From: Macrostomum lignano
Lineage: Eukaryota
NCBI GenBank assembly: GCA_002269645.1
Contig: NIVC01000771.1
Coordinates: 7,159-71,158, forward strand
Reading direction: 5' to 3'
DNA: 64,000 bases
Position numbers and translations under genes: made by a program. Below are positions 1 to 11,716 of this stretch, one piece after another. The notes beneath the pieces were generated by a model. The model had not been told where the DNA came from. It saw nothing but the letters and a program-made list of their open reading frames with translations, and ran no database searches. Within the stretch, counting starts at the first letter, position 1. Every line of letters begins with the position of its first letter.

Positions 1-650
1 GAGTGAGCAAGTGAGACAATCACAAAACATGAGCGAGAAAGTGAGACAGTCACAAAATATGAGTGAGAAAGTGAGACAATCACAAAACATGAGTGAGAAA
101 GTGAGACAATCACAAAATATGAGCGAGAAAGTGAGACAATCACAAAATATGAGTGAGAAAGTGAGACAATCACAAAATATGAGCGAGAAAGTGAGACAAT
201 CACAAAATATGAGCGAGAAAGTGAGACAATCACAAAATATGAGTGAGAAAGTGAGTCAATCACAAAACACGAGTGAGAAAACAATACAATTATAAAATAT
301 GAGTGGGAGAGTGAAACAGTCACAAAACATGAGTGAGAAAACAAGGCAATTATAAAATATGTGTGGGAGAGTGAGACAATCACAAAACATGAGTGAGAAA
401 ACAAGACAATTATAAAATATGAGTGGGAGAGTGAAACAGTCACAAAACATGAGTGAGAAAACAATACAATTATAAAATATGAGTGGGAGAGTGAAACAGT
501 CACAAAACATGAGTGAGAAAACAAGGCAATTATAAAATATGTGTGGGAGAGTGAGACAATCACAAAACATGAGTGAGAAAGTCAGACAGTCACAAAATAT
601 GAGTGAGAAAACAATACAGTTATAAAATATGAGTGGGAGAGTGAGACAAT
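1..650. repeat. 30-bp tandem satellite changing into a 60/120-bp higher-order repeat
   Basis: Monomer gagtgagaaagtgagacaatcacaaaatat to ~270. After that two 30-bp variants alternate, and block 271-390 recurs at 451-570. ORFs 11..295 and 256..570 are repeat artefacts. Confidence 0.95.
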
Positions 651-2079
651 CAGAAAATGAGCACCGGTTCCCTAGCAGTGCAGCACACTTGTCTATCAGC
701 AGTCTGCATATTCCTTGAGAAAATAGCCACTTATCCCTAAGCAGTTCTGCAGCAATCCAAGCGTTTATTTGCAGATCCCACTGAGACTAAAAGCGCTCCA
801 AAATGTGACGTCTCTCATCCAATAATTCACAACCGTTATAATGCATACAGGTTTTAAATTCGATATAAATTCTCTAAGGGTTACGAGTATTAAAGTGCTT
901 TAGTAAAATATAGAATCTACAGGTGAGATAGTGATGGATGTCAGGTAAATAACTGACTTTGTTTTAACTCAGATAAATTCTTTGCTTTACTGAAGACTTG
1001 AACTACCTTTCGGCCGTCGAAAAAATCACCGGCAGTCAATCAAAGTAAAAAGCGTCTACGATGCTCTAATTTGATTGTGCAACGTGCAGTCAAGCAGAGG
1101 CGCATTAATAAAGTCAGCTCAGCCTGTAATTTGGGCACATCGTGCAGCTCCCGGCTCAACAGATCGCCACCGAACTCGCCGCTTTCTGTCTTCTTGCAGA
1201 CGGCGCCGCACGCTCTCCTGCCGGCTCAGCCGATCGAACTTGAGCTGATTGATCTCTGTAATAAATTGTCATCGTCTCATCTAAGAGCTACAAAGCCAGT
1301 CTTTTGCAGCAAATGGTACTTTGCAGAGCGTTGCGTACATGCGGACGAATGTACGGAGGCAGGCATCCGTGCCTTGACGGCTTCCAGCTCATTTCTCAGA
1401 AAATCGAGCGCACCTGCGTCCATCTACTTCAGTTGTCTGGTTGGCTAACAGATTTGCCCAAGATTGAGCCGGTCAGGATGTCCCGGAGCAAATTTGATAA
1501 AATATATTTTCGTGACAATACAAGTATAAGCCACAATGCATTCAGCATTGAGACTAACCAACCTACTCTGCTACACCATTACCCATGTAAAGCCATGTAG
1601 TTGCGGCTGCACAACTCAACAAGTCCAAGTTGATGAGTATTTTAGAAAAAATGAACAAAGTTATGCAGATTTTCAGTTTTCAATAGCCTAATGAGTCACT
1701 GTTGGTGTTCACCTTCACAAAAGTTATAAAATAGTCATTAGAAGTTAACTCTGCGTGGGCATCCAAAGGATTTGATTCAGGGTAGATATTTACTTCTTCA
1801 GTAGTGAAAACAAAAAATACAGCAGATTTATTAACAAACTAAACATTTTCATCCAGCACACTTTGCATGTTAATTAGATTTGAGGTGTGCAAAACCGGAG
1901 CAGCTCCAATCGCTGGCGTCTGGAATGTGAAACTCTGAGAGTGTCTTAAATAAATATTTTAGTCAAAAAGGTTCGGACAAAAAACTACTTCACGAGCTAA
2001 TTCAAAAAATCACAATTTAGTATTGGAAAGTTCAGTTTAATAAACATGAGTAGGTGCAGCTCCTTCCAGGTGAGAATCA

Positions 2080-2534
2080 CTACTCTATGTCAAATGGTGA
2101 CAGGCATTCACAAAACGCGCCATCTATGTAGTCATGTTTGTTCCTCAGAGATATCGGACAGTCGTTCATCAATGGAATGGTGTTCCATCTGCAGGCATAA
2201 TTCTCAGATTTCCCAGCGTTATCAGGCTGTCCTTTCTGCCACAGATTGGGATCAATGGGGATCCGGCAGGTGTGCCAAAACCAGCCGCCTGCTGGTTCCC
2301 TGCTCCCGGGATCTTGACTGCCTCCGAGGAAAAAACTGAAATGTTGACCCCGTCGCCGTCTGAACCATCTGTCATGCAGCCCTGCCAAGTAAAAATACTT
2401 GGCCCTGTCGATCGGCTCGGCCATGATGGTGAGTCCCGCTCCGCGTTGCAGCTGGCCAAGGCCGAGTCCCAGCGATGCGAGCGCGTCCGAACGAACTTGT
2501 ACTTCACGCCACACCTGGCGAAGGTAGAGAAGCG
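2080..2534 (-). pseudogene. C-type lectin domain gene with one frameshift (or a sequence error)
   Basis: One frame gives CGVKYKFVRTRSHRWDSALASCNAE. After a shift near 2437 a second frame gives GLTIMAEP...FFLGGSQDPGSREPAGGWFW...LWQKGQPDNAGKSENYACRW...MNDC...AFCE, matching CTLD motifs (QPD, WND-like MND, terminal FxCE). Confidence 0.75.
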
Positions 2535-4120
2535 TTATCGCCTTTGATTCTCGTAACAAGGGCATTCTCGATGCATTTGTATTAGCCTGGGGCTATCCGT
2601 GGAACATAAATTCATGAAGACCAACCCGAAAGCACAGAGTGACAGAGCATTGAGGGCGGCCGTGCACCTCATGTGACTGTGTCATTCCCTGCGTACCCAA
2701 GGGTTCACTAAATGGGTTAGCAAAGCTGGAACACTTCCTCCTCGGTGGCTGGCACACAGGAAACCCAAAAGACCTACCAGGGCGCTAAGCGAAACAAAAA
2801 CGCACGCACCTGTCGTGATGAAAGTCGGCCGGACACAAGGTGCCCGGTCGCAAGCCCGGCTGTCGCCTCACGTACAGCTTGGCGACGCGATTGCAGCTGC
2901 ACTTGCGCACGTTCTTGCTGCACTTGTCAAACAAAAACAGTCTGCAGTGTCCACCCATCGTTGTGAAGGCTTGGCAGGTCTTGAATAAACTGCAGACTGC
3001 TGCGCATCTCTTGCGCGATTTTATGAAAACGAACCTGAAGACGTATTTGGACTCGATGCAGTCCCGGCCGAAAACGGGATGGTAGTTTTTCAGATAAGCT
3101 GGCTTGTCTGAAGCTGGCTTGTCTGAATCTGGCTGGTCTGAAATCGGTTCAAAGCGGTATCAGAGGCTTGCACAAAGCTATCTGTGCGGTACCTGGTTCA
3201 GAAAAGATAATACTCTTGGAAAACCTTCTTATTAGCTCTCACCTGCCCAGTCAGCGGCTGCAATCAGGCTCAGGGCGAGAACAACCAGTCCGATGGCGAG
3301 CTTGTTATAATTGCTCATGTTGGGCAGCAATTTTCCGGAATGAATTCAGACGCGGCGGTTTTACGCTTTGAGTATTTGTATTTTCCAGATAAAATACTTC
3401 TTGAGCAGTGCGGTAGCCACTGCTTATTGCACAAACACTGCTGTGAATTCACCTGTATATATATTCTATGATTCAGAAATAATTCACGGATATGCACAAG
3501 AGACGAAAGCAAAATATCTGCCTTTCTCACATGCAGAAAGCGTTAGTCTCCCGGTTTTGTTCAGGCCGGATATCTTGGATTTCCGAACTCGTAAATTCCC
3601 GGAATCCTGTGTGGAATATCCCGGCTTCTTAGTGTATTTAATAACACAATGAGAGCGCCAAAGTGAGTGCACTCATTCTGTTCGAGCTTGGAATAGGTGT
3701 ACAGTTTATTTTTGGGCTGGAGTGGAGAGAGATGGAGTGGAGACAGAAGAAATAAGAGATGGTCGCGCGCTTCACCTTGGCATGATGCTGTGATGCCCAA
3801 GAAGCGACGAGACGAAATTCTTTCAAATGCGTTAGCTATTTTTTCCAACTTACAATTGTGAGTCGGGTAAAGTGCGTAGGCAGCGCAAGGACCACTAGAA
3901 GTAATCTGGACGCAACACTAAAATATTGCAAAGTATTTGAAGGCTCACTTGTTTGCATTGCAGCTAAGAATTATGTGCTCATAACTGTGTATCAGCTGCG
4001 CTTGAAATGATGACATTTCGCTAGTTTTTTTTTAATTTTATTGTCTCTAAGACTGCCTAGCGTCTAAATCTTAGCCCTATGCTGACTAGGCTGAAAAGAA
4101 AAGTAAATACACTTCATACA

Positions 4121-4922
4121 TCAAAGCAGGATGCCACACCGTCGGAAGAAGACTGCTGTCATGACCTTGCGGACACTTCTCTCGCGTAGGAATGTGATGG
4201 GGTCATCCTCTTCGAAGGCAATCCACTGCCTGCTCTGGGATTTCGTCTCTGGGTTAAACAAGTGAACACAAGTTTCATCTCCTGTCATGATATTGTCCAC
4301 CAATTTTGAAGCCCCTGCATCGAAATTGTTAAGCATGAAGTTAGCGAACTCAACACGAGCTTGCATCTGGGTCGGGTTCAAACGATGGGGCACCCAACGA
4401 CACTTTCCTCATGCCCAGATGATCATGCAATATGAAAATGGCGCTTGAATTCGAGATTCCGACATGTTTTTTGATTTCGCGATCCGTCACTCGTCGATTT
4501 TCATCGAGCAGTCTTCGGACGCTGGCCACTGATGCGTTCGTAATATTCGAATTCGGACGGCATTCGCGCTCATCATCGTCCAGCTCCAGGCAGCCAGAAC
4601 GGAAACGACCAAATCGCTTGTACACCATCGTCTGGGATGGAGCTTCATTACCCAATGCTTTTTGAACCATCTGCAGGCACTCAGGGGCAGATTGGCCAAG
4701 TCAAAATTGAACAAGAATTGCGGCTTGTCTGTAACCCTCTGTCAATCGAAGTCAGGGTCTGGGGTTGTATCACTTTTTCGACCACTGCTTTGTAGCATTT
4801 TAGTCAAAGGGGCTGAAAATTGACATGAAAGACTTCAATATCTACTGAATTAAGCACATCAAATCTTATTTTATTTGCTTAAAAGGAAGTTCAATTTTCC
4901 GCGAACGTATTTAGCCACCCTG
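4121..4922 (-). mobile_element. Degenerate, truncated Tc1/mariner element (5' TIR plus N-terminal transposase)
   Basis: Minus-strand end CAGGGTGGCTAAATACG abuts TA at 4923-4924. HTH region QAAILVQF*LGQSAPECLQMVQKALG...RRVTDREI...LGMRKV has an in-frame stop. A frameshift leads to VPHRL...MTGDETCVH, the first catalytic D. No second TIR seen. Confidence 0.92.
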
Positions 4923-6214
4923 TACAGTGGTCTTTGTGTCAGTGATCACGTCGATCATGAGCAAGCAAAGCGCCATAGCCATAATAAAATTGAAAGCTAC
5001 TGAGAGACAATACCAAAAGTACGTGAGACTATGCGAGTGCCATGTTAATTTTCCTCCGTACATGTAATGGTCAGTGAAGTAGTTAACAAGTCAGTGTATA
5101 TGAATTTATCACACAATTTAGAGACCACTCTCCGAGCTTCCGCTGAGCAGCTCGACCATCTCTCTAGACGCGACGGAGCAGCTTCCGGTTCTTCAACGAA
5201 GGTCGCGGCTGCTTTGGCACAGCACCGGCGCTCAGCTAGCGACGCAGCGGTGCGAGGCTACCGGCCGACCAGCGAGGACAGCCCGGACTACGAGGAGACA
5301 CCGCGGATCGGTCGAGACACGATGGCGCAGACGATGGACAATGGGCTAAATAATGGGCGTGGTGCCAACCAAAGATTTCACGACAGCAGGGTCGGTGATC
5401 TCTGCGTTGCATTGTGACTATAGTGTGCGGGAACATGGTTCATCAAAATTTGATTCATAAACTCGAGCCTTGAATTCCAGCTATTCCAAACATAAAGTAC
5501 CCAAATTTGTCTGAAGCAAAAATAAGATTCGCGTTGCGAAAATACGGACCTATCTACTTGAAGTAGGACATTTAGTATATGGGACTGGCGTTCAGACTTC
5601 CACCTTTAATCAAGCAAGCAAGTTATAAAATAGGCCGGTAAGCAAAGTTCAAATTACCAATTGGTTCGCGCACCCTCAGATTCACAAATGCTCTTCCTAT
5701 TTGTGGTTATGCAAGTAAGATATTCGAGCTTATGAACTGAATTTATGTACTTAGGTCACTCTTGAGGTCACCAAAAAACTCAATAAATTAGCGCATTCGC
5801 GATCTATATCATTTTGTATAAGATTACATGCATTTACCTACGCAAATACTGGTAAGGTAAGTATATATAGAGTAGAGTAGTGTAACGATTCAGCAAGTCG
5901 TTTGGCAATAACAGAGTTTGTATTGTACGAGCCATTGTATTATCGAAATGCATAATTAATATTTCAGTATATTTAAAAACTGGAAAACTGGCACAATGAG
6001 TCGCGAAACTGTATCAATAAATCAAAACGGATCGGCTGTACATGTACCATTGAAAATTCGGAAATTATTGCATAGTAATTCTTCATAAAATGAAAGTGGT
6101 TTGGATTTAAACGGAAAATTTGTTGTTACGTAGTTACGTTAAATAAGATAACGCTAGTTCAGTTTAGTTTCGGTCTTCTCCCGCAGGCGACTCTGCCGCA
6201 GCAGTGCTGGGTGG

Positions 6215-6429
6215 CAGCGGCCGTCACTGCTTGCACACAGCGGCCGTCACTGCTTGCACACAGCGGCCGTCACTGCTTGCACACAGCGGCTGTCACTGCT
6301 TGCACACAGCGGCCGTCACTGCTTGCACACAGCGGCCGTCACTGCTTGCACACAGCGGCCGTCACTGCTTGCACACAGCGGCCGTCACTGCTTGCACACA
6401 GCGGCCGTCACTGCTTGCACACAGCGGCC
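6215..6429. repeat. 23-bp tandem repeat (~9 units) formed from the last codons and stop of the Ly6 gene
   Basis: Unit cagcggccgtcactgcttgcaca. On the minus strand it reads ...GTGTGCAAGCAGTGA, i.e. VCKQ*. Confidence 0.95.
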
Positions 6430-6737
6430 AGCAGGGCCAGAGCCGCGGTCAGCAGGAGGCCGCTGGGACCGAACTGCCTCGGCGAAGAGTTGCACAGGTC
6501 GGTGTTGCAGCACCAGGTGCCGTTGAAGGCCAGGCAGGCAGGGGCAGCCGAACGGCTGATAACGCCAGCCACTTCAGCCTTGGTACAGTAGTTGCCGTTG
6601 GCTGTCGGAGTGCTGCTGGAGACGGAGCTGCAGTCTTCGCAGTCGTAGCACTTGACGGCGTCGGCTGGAGCGGGCAGAAGGCAGACGGAGGCCAGGAGGC
6701 CGAGTGTTGCCAGGCGGAGCACTTGGTGAGGCTGCAT
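6408..6737 (-). CDS. GPI-anchored Ly6/uPAR (three-finger, CD59-like) protein, copy A, intronless, 109 aa
   Basis: Hydrophobic signal peptide, KCYDC start, CCxxDLCN end motif, small-residue omega site (NSS) and hydrophobic C-terminal tail. Confidence 0.9.
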   Translation of the reverse strand: MQPHQVLRLATLGLLASVCLLPAPADAVKCYDCEDCSSVSSSTPTANGNYCTKAEVAGVISRSAAPACLAFNGTWCCNTDLCNSSPRQFGPSGLLLTAALALLAAVCKQ

Positions 6738-6780
6738 TCTGACGGCAGGTTAGGGTTAGGGTTGCTGCTTTGAGAGTTGA

Positions 6781-6788
6781 CTTTAATA
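6781..6788 (-). promoter_or_regulatory. TATA-like box of Ly6 copy A
   Basis: Minus strand GGTCGCGTCTATTAAAG ~45 bp upstream of the ATG. Copy B conserves it (GGTCGCGTCTATTTAAG) although nearby sequence diverges. Confidence 0.55.
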
Positions 6789-7076
6789 GACGCGACCGGC
6801 GCCACCCCAGCCAGCCCTCAGCGCCAACCGCCGGTCACCCAGGCGTATTGTGAGCGTGTTGCCTATGATTTGCCAATTTAGCATTATTCAGTAACTTCCA
6901 AGGTTCGCGTGAAACAGAGAAATTATTTACAGAACTTCAGCAACATGGCTTGGCCCCAGCGGAAAGGTTGATGCCGCCTGAATACCTGCAATTCTACCTT
7001 CGGCGGTGGAGCAGTTCTAACCTGGTTAGAGCAGAGCCAACCTATGGGAGTCGTGCAAAAACGAATGCAATAGCAC

Positions 7077-7242
7077 TAACCCCAGATTAGCACAAACCCC
7101 CAGATTAGCACTACCCCCCAGATTAGCACTTCCCCCAGCTTAGCAGTACCCCCAGATTAGCACTTCCCCCAGATTAGCTCTACCCCCCAGATTAGCAGTA
7201 CCCCCAGATTAGCATTATCCCCAGATTAGCACTACCCCCAGT
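7077..7242. repeat. ~20-bp tandem repeat (cccagattagcactacccc)
   Basis: About 8 imperfect units visible. Confidence 0.9.
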
Positions 7243-7245
7243 TTA

Positions 7246-7470
7246 GTTGAGGCCGCCAGCTTAGAGAGTCTGGGCGTCGAAGGTGAGACAGGCTCTGCCA
7301 ATTTATTTCTTTTTCATTTCAATATTAAGCTTCCTTTGGTATGTCTTCGTCTGGCATTCTACGACAGCGAGGGCGTCATTCGCGACGTGATGCAGAACCA
7401 CCTGGCGGAGACGCTGAGCCTGCTGCTGATGGATCTGCCGCCCTCGGAGCCGCCCCCTCCCCACTCTTAA
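7246..7470 (+). pseudogene. H6PD: Decayed H6PD/G6PD-family exon pair
   Basis: VEAASLESLGVEG ends at a GTGAG donor (7283). Then RLAFYDSEGVIRDVMQNHLAETLSLLLMDLP (7348-7470) matches the G6PD/H6PD motif GxIRDVxQNHL. There is no canonical acceptor AG, and a TAA at 7468 lies next to the Ngaro element. Confidence 0.78.
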
Positions 7471-7914
7471 TTAAGACTTTAATAAGACCGGTTGCCATGG
7501 AGACGGACGCCTGCCTGGTGGGAGCGGCACATTTGCGTGACCCGACTGGTTTTGACTGGTGCTACCTGAAGTGGGATGTCGATGCTGGCGGCGTCTTCAG
7601 CGAGTGCTGCATCAACTACAAGGAGGCTGTGCTGCGGTCCTGCTGGCCTTGCTGCGCTGGCGCCATCAGCTGCACAACCGCCGGGTCGCTGTCTACTGCG
7701 ACAACGCCGCCGCCTGCGCGATCATCAACAAGGGGTCTTTCAGGGAGCCCCGGTTGCTGTGGCTGCTGCAAACTGTTACTCTGCTTTGCCTGAAGCAGAA
7801 CATGGTTGTTACCGCCCATCATGTGCCTGGCCGGTTCCAGCTGTTTGCTGACGCAGCTTCTCGCCTGCACTGCCGTCAAGAATTGCTGAATTTTGTGTTT
7901 CGAGCCTATGCAAC

Positions 7915-8964
7915 ATGTTGTGTCAGCCCGCAAGAGTTTGCCGGTCATGCGCTCAGCCCTCCCACCGCCGCCTTTCTCCTTTTGCAGGTCGCCTCCCTGG
8001 GTTTCTCGACGACGCCGCCGCCAAGCTTCCCCGGCAGGCCTACGCCTCATCATCCAAGAAGTCGCTGTCGTCCGCCATACGCTCCTGGCAACGCTTCTGT
8101 CTCGAGCGGCGACTCGACCCGCTCTGCTGCCGGGCGGAGGACCTCGCGAATTACGTTGCCCGACTCTTGGATGGCCGGCTCAGCTCCTTCGGCAGCGTCC
8201 GCGTGCACATCAGCGCTCTCTCCGCCAACTTCCGGCTGGCAGGGGCGCCAGATCTGACCAAGCATCCGTTGCTGCACCTGGTGCTGCGGGGAGCCAAGCG
8301 CGAGCTCGGAGCCGGGCCGAGCCGCAAGCTGCCTGTGTCCCCCGAGATTTTAACACGGCTGCGTCGTCAAGTTGATTGCTCGAACCCATCCCAAGCTGCC
8401 TGCTGGGCTGCAGTCATGTGCGCCTGGTGGGGCATGTTTAGGAAGTCCAGCCTGTTGCCTGTTGGGCGCGCTGATCCGCCAGTGCTGCATCTCAGTTCTC
8501 TGTCGGAGTGCAAGGACGGTCTGCTTCTGCTGTCCAGCTATGGGAAAAGCAACCAGTTCGGCAGCAGCCACCGGGTTCTGCTGCCGCAACTGACGCCCGG
8601 TCACCCGCTCTGCTCCGTCGCGGCGCTGCGAGATCATCTTCGCTGCAATCGTTTGAGGCTACCGCAGCAGGGCCTGTTCACAATCTCTGGCGGTTCAGCC
8701 GGCAGCGTATCTCTGACATCCCGGATGTTGGACGTGCAGTTCAAGTGCTGGCTTAGCAAGGCGAGCATCAGCGCGGCAGGCTATTCCGTGCACAGCTTGC
8801 GAAGGGGTGCAGCCACCTGGGCGGCGCGTTTCGGTCTGTCAGTCAGGGAGATCCAGAGCGTGGGCGACTGGCGCAGCGACGCAGTGAACTGTTATTTGTC
8901 GTCTGGCGATGCAGCTTTCGGTGCTGCTCGGAAGCTGGCGGTTGCTTTGCTTTCTAGGTGCTGA
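7915..8964 (+). CDS. Tyrosine recombinase of the Ngaro element (open frame, 349 aa)
   Basis: Catalytic set present: MFRKSSL (R), GKSNQ (K), HSLRRGAATWA (HxxR), GDW (W), AVNCYL (Y). The N-terminal SAM-like binding domain is also present. Confidence 0.9.
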   Translation: MLCQPARVCRSCAQPSHRRLSPFAGRLPGFLDDAAAKLPRQAYASSSKKSLSSAIRSWQRFCLERRLDPLCCRAEDLANYVARLLDGRLSSFGSVRVHISALSANFRLAGAPDLTKHPLLHLVLRGAKRELGAGPSRKLPVSPEILTRLRRQVDCSNPSQAACWAAVMCAWWGMFRKSSLLPVGRADPPVLHLSSLSECKDGLLLLSSYGKSNQFGSSHRVLLPQLTPGHPLCSVAALRDHLRCNRLRLPQQGLFTISGGSAGSVSLTSRMLDVQFKCWLSKASISAAGYSVHSLRRGAATWAARFGLSVREIQSVGDWRSDAVNCYLSSGDAAFGAARKLAVALLSRC

Positions 8965-9040
8965 TCGCCTCTTGCCGTTTGCCTTTTGCGCATTCATATT
9001 GCTTTGCTCTTCCTTTTGCGCCTGCTTTTGTTTGGTGTTG

Positions 9041-9460
9041 GGGGCATCGTTGCCAGGCTCCCTCACCTCGTCTGCTCGCCAGCTCTGTGTCTTTGTGTGT
9101 CCTTTGGGGAGGGGGCGGTGTGCACTAATGAACTGGTTTGTGCGGCCAGCACTAACCGGCGTTTGTGTACACCGCCAACCCCCCCCCCGGCTTGCGCCCA
9201 CCCCCTCCCTCGGGAGAGTTTTTATGCCTGCGGGCTAGCTGGGTTTGTCTCGCTGCGCGCTTGAAATTTTTTTCCTATTTTCGTTCTCTCTTGTATTGCT
9301 TTTAGCCCTTAGCTTCGCCTTTCTGCTTTACTTGCTTTGCTTTTACCTTCTAAATGATCTGAAATATAAATTTCGATATAGGGGACATCGTTGCCAGGCT
9401 CCCTCACCTCGTCAGCTCTGTGTCTTTGAGTGTCTTTTGAGGAGGGGCGGTGTGCACTAA
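9041..9460 (+). repeat. Split direct repeats (B1 9041-9128, B2 9381-9460) at the Ngaro 3' end
   Basis: Both copies read gggg(a)catcgttgccaggctccctcacctcgtc...agctctgtgtctttg...ggcggtgtgcactaa. Confidence 0.88.
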
Positions 9461-10053
9461 AAAACTAATGAGCAACCCCATGGTGACACTTTTTTTCACT
9501 CACTTCAGTCAACAGTCTTGCTCTTATGATTTTTTGCCTGACATGAATGTCTCAAAACGTTTGATTGACCGAAGTCAAATGGTTTTCCAGTTGCAGGACA
9601 AAGCCACCCTGCTGACAGCTTATCTCGAATTTCTTGAACAGCTTGGCCTCATGGCTACAGGCTCCGTCAGTTGGTTGACTCAATAGTTGTTTATGCTCAG
9701 CATGATAGATCCGATAACGAATGGGGGAAACTGATCAAGTTGGGACCTGGTAGGGAATAGAGAAGCTAAGCTGGGATCTGGTGATAAATGGGGAAGCTGA
9801 GCTGGGATCTGGTGGGGAATAGAGATGCTGAGATGGGATTTGATGCAGAATAGGGAAGTAGGGAAGGGGAGAGCTGAGTTAGCGTTGCTTTGAGGATTTG
9901 GTGAGCGATTTTATGCCAAACTTAGGCCTTAGGAACTGAGGAACTTATTGGGAGGCTGCTCTAAGCCTAAGGAAGCCAAAGGAGAGGGAGATGGGTGAGA
10001 AGGAGACGGGTAAAAGTTAAGAAAAATCACTAGCAATCAGCGCCCGATAATAT

Positions 10054-11330
10054 TTATCTTGATTTGCCCGGCACCTGAAACCTACTCTTAACGAATAATC
10101 TTATTTGGAGTGGGGTAGGATTGGGTTTCTTTTGAGGATTACAGCTGACAGACAGACACAGTCGAGACACGCGGTGGCTAAACAAAGACAGGCACACAAC
10201 AGGCACAGCAAACAACAGACACAAGGAGGACTCGTCAGCCCCACCTCCTTGTCCATCTGGGCCAAGAGGTCCGCCCTCAGCCTCCTCTTCATCAGCGTAA
10301 GTCACATCCAAAGCCTCGAGCTCATCGTCCTTATCGGCAATCTGTTCCCCATCTTGTCTTCTCCCAGTCCTGATGTCGCCGGGCCTCCCGGACGCCGCGG
10401 CTGGCGCAGACTTGGACGCCACTCCGTACCCAGGAGACGCGGCTGGCGCAGACTTGGACGCCTCTCCGCACCCAGGAGACGCGGTGGCAGCGGCAGCCAG
10501 CCGCAGGCGCTTGGGCGTTGGCTCGCTCACGATGACTCTGCGCGTCAAGCTGCTGAACTTCAGCGCGTTGAAGGTCTCGTCGAACAGCGCCGGGCACTGG
10601 GAGATGTTGACAATGATCGCCGCCTGCCCGCTGCCGCTGAAGTAGGGCTGCAGCAGGCGGGTGAGCTTCGAGTCCCGGAACGGCACCAGCATGGAGGCTC
10701 GGGGATTTCGCTGATTTCTCTGCAGAGTCTCAACGCAGCGGCGCAGGGTCAGCAGGCTGGAGTTGATGCTGCCGGCCTCTCGGGTGCGCTCGCCTGCCGT
10801 GCCGGCGTGGCGCTGCCGCTCCGAGCCGGCGAGGTCTCAGAAGGTCAGGCTGGACACCTGCGGGACGGCGGGGCACTGGAATCTGGGATGGGGGATGTGA
10901 GATGTAGGAGACTGGATTTTGGAAAAGGGATCTACGAGTAGGAGATAAGATTTGGGAGAAGGGATCCAGGAAATGGGATATGGAATTAGGGATCTGGGAT
11001 GCGGGAGCTGGGATGTGGGAGATGGAGATAGGAGATGGAAGATAGAAGCTGGGAGATACGTGGTGGCAGATGGCCGCAAAGTAAAATTATTATTCATATT
11101 TCACATTTTAATTGCGCCAATTTCGCAAGAAAATCAGCAGTCGCAGACGGACTGCTTTAAGTAGCCACGCATTAATATTGCTGCAGTTCTCCTGTTCCTT
11201 CTGAACCAATATGGGAGAGGCAGAAAGCTGGGCAGAGGCGGCCGCACAAGCCAGCAAATGCAGCCACAGTCTGAGCAGACGGGATGAGAAGAGCCTTGGG
11301 GTGTTCTCTGAGGCGTACTTATGAGCAAAT
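10054..11330 (-). pseudogene. Kinesin-6 (KIF20-like) 3' motor fragment, copy A
   Basis: Exon starting 10857: VSSLTF*DLAGSERQ...REAGSINSSLLTL...VPFRDSKLTRLLQPYFSGSGQAAIIVNISQCPALFDETFNALKFS. In-frame TGA at 10837-10839. A frameshifted switch-I remnant (RRNRRTAA...SS) lies near 11120-11200. No P-loop exon found. Confidence 0.88.
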
Positions 11331-11716
11331 CAGCTTTTGTACCCCTGGGGGGGCTGGTTTTGCGGCTTTGGTTAGCGTGGAGGGTGGAGGCTTGTACGTT
11401 GAGTCGTTTTCTACCCTCCCTGTGCAGCGGCCCGCTCCCAGGCCTGCTGAGGGTTTTGATGCCCGGATTATCGGCAGCTCCGTTCCCGTTCGTCTGTTTC
11501 CGTTCTCGCTAACCTTCATCAAATTTTGCGGCTGTTGCTTCGCCATTGTGTTCTCGAAAACCTGTGTTTCTTTGTGTGCTCCAGGTGTTCCTTCCGGGCG
11601 GGGTACTGAGAATCCGCTGCAGCTGCTCCAGGGCCAATAAAATCTGCTGCAGAGGCGGCCGCTGCCCTGCCGGACTCTCGAGCTGAGCTGAGACACCTGC
11701 GACTGAGCCTCCAGCC

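Larger units (their letters stand above)
7490..9460 (+). mobile_element. 5'-truncated Ngaro-type (DIRS-order) tyrosine-recombinase retrotransposon
   Basis: Frameshifted RNase H (METDACLVG...INYKE / AVLLALLRW...VYCDNAAACAIINKG...HVPG...ADAASR), then a YR ORF and split direct repeats at 9041-9128 and 9381-9460. No gag or RT upstream. Confidence 0.9.

Noticed and set aside
1071-1600. Overlapping ORFs or possible further lectin-gene exons
   Set aside because: Only vague similarity, with stops in the candidate frames.
5067-5417. 116-aa GC-rich ORF
   Set aside because: No recognisable motif or clear splice context; unsupported.
9450-9686. 78-aa ORF or downstream kinesin exon
   Set aside because: Neither strand gave a recognisable match.
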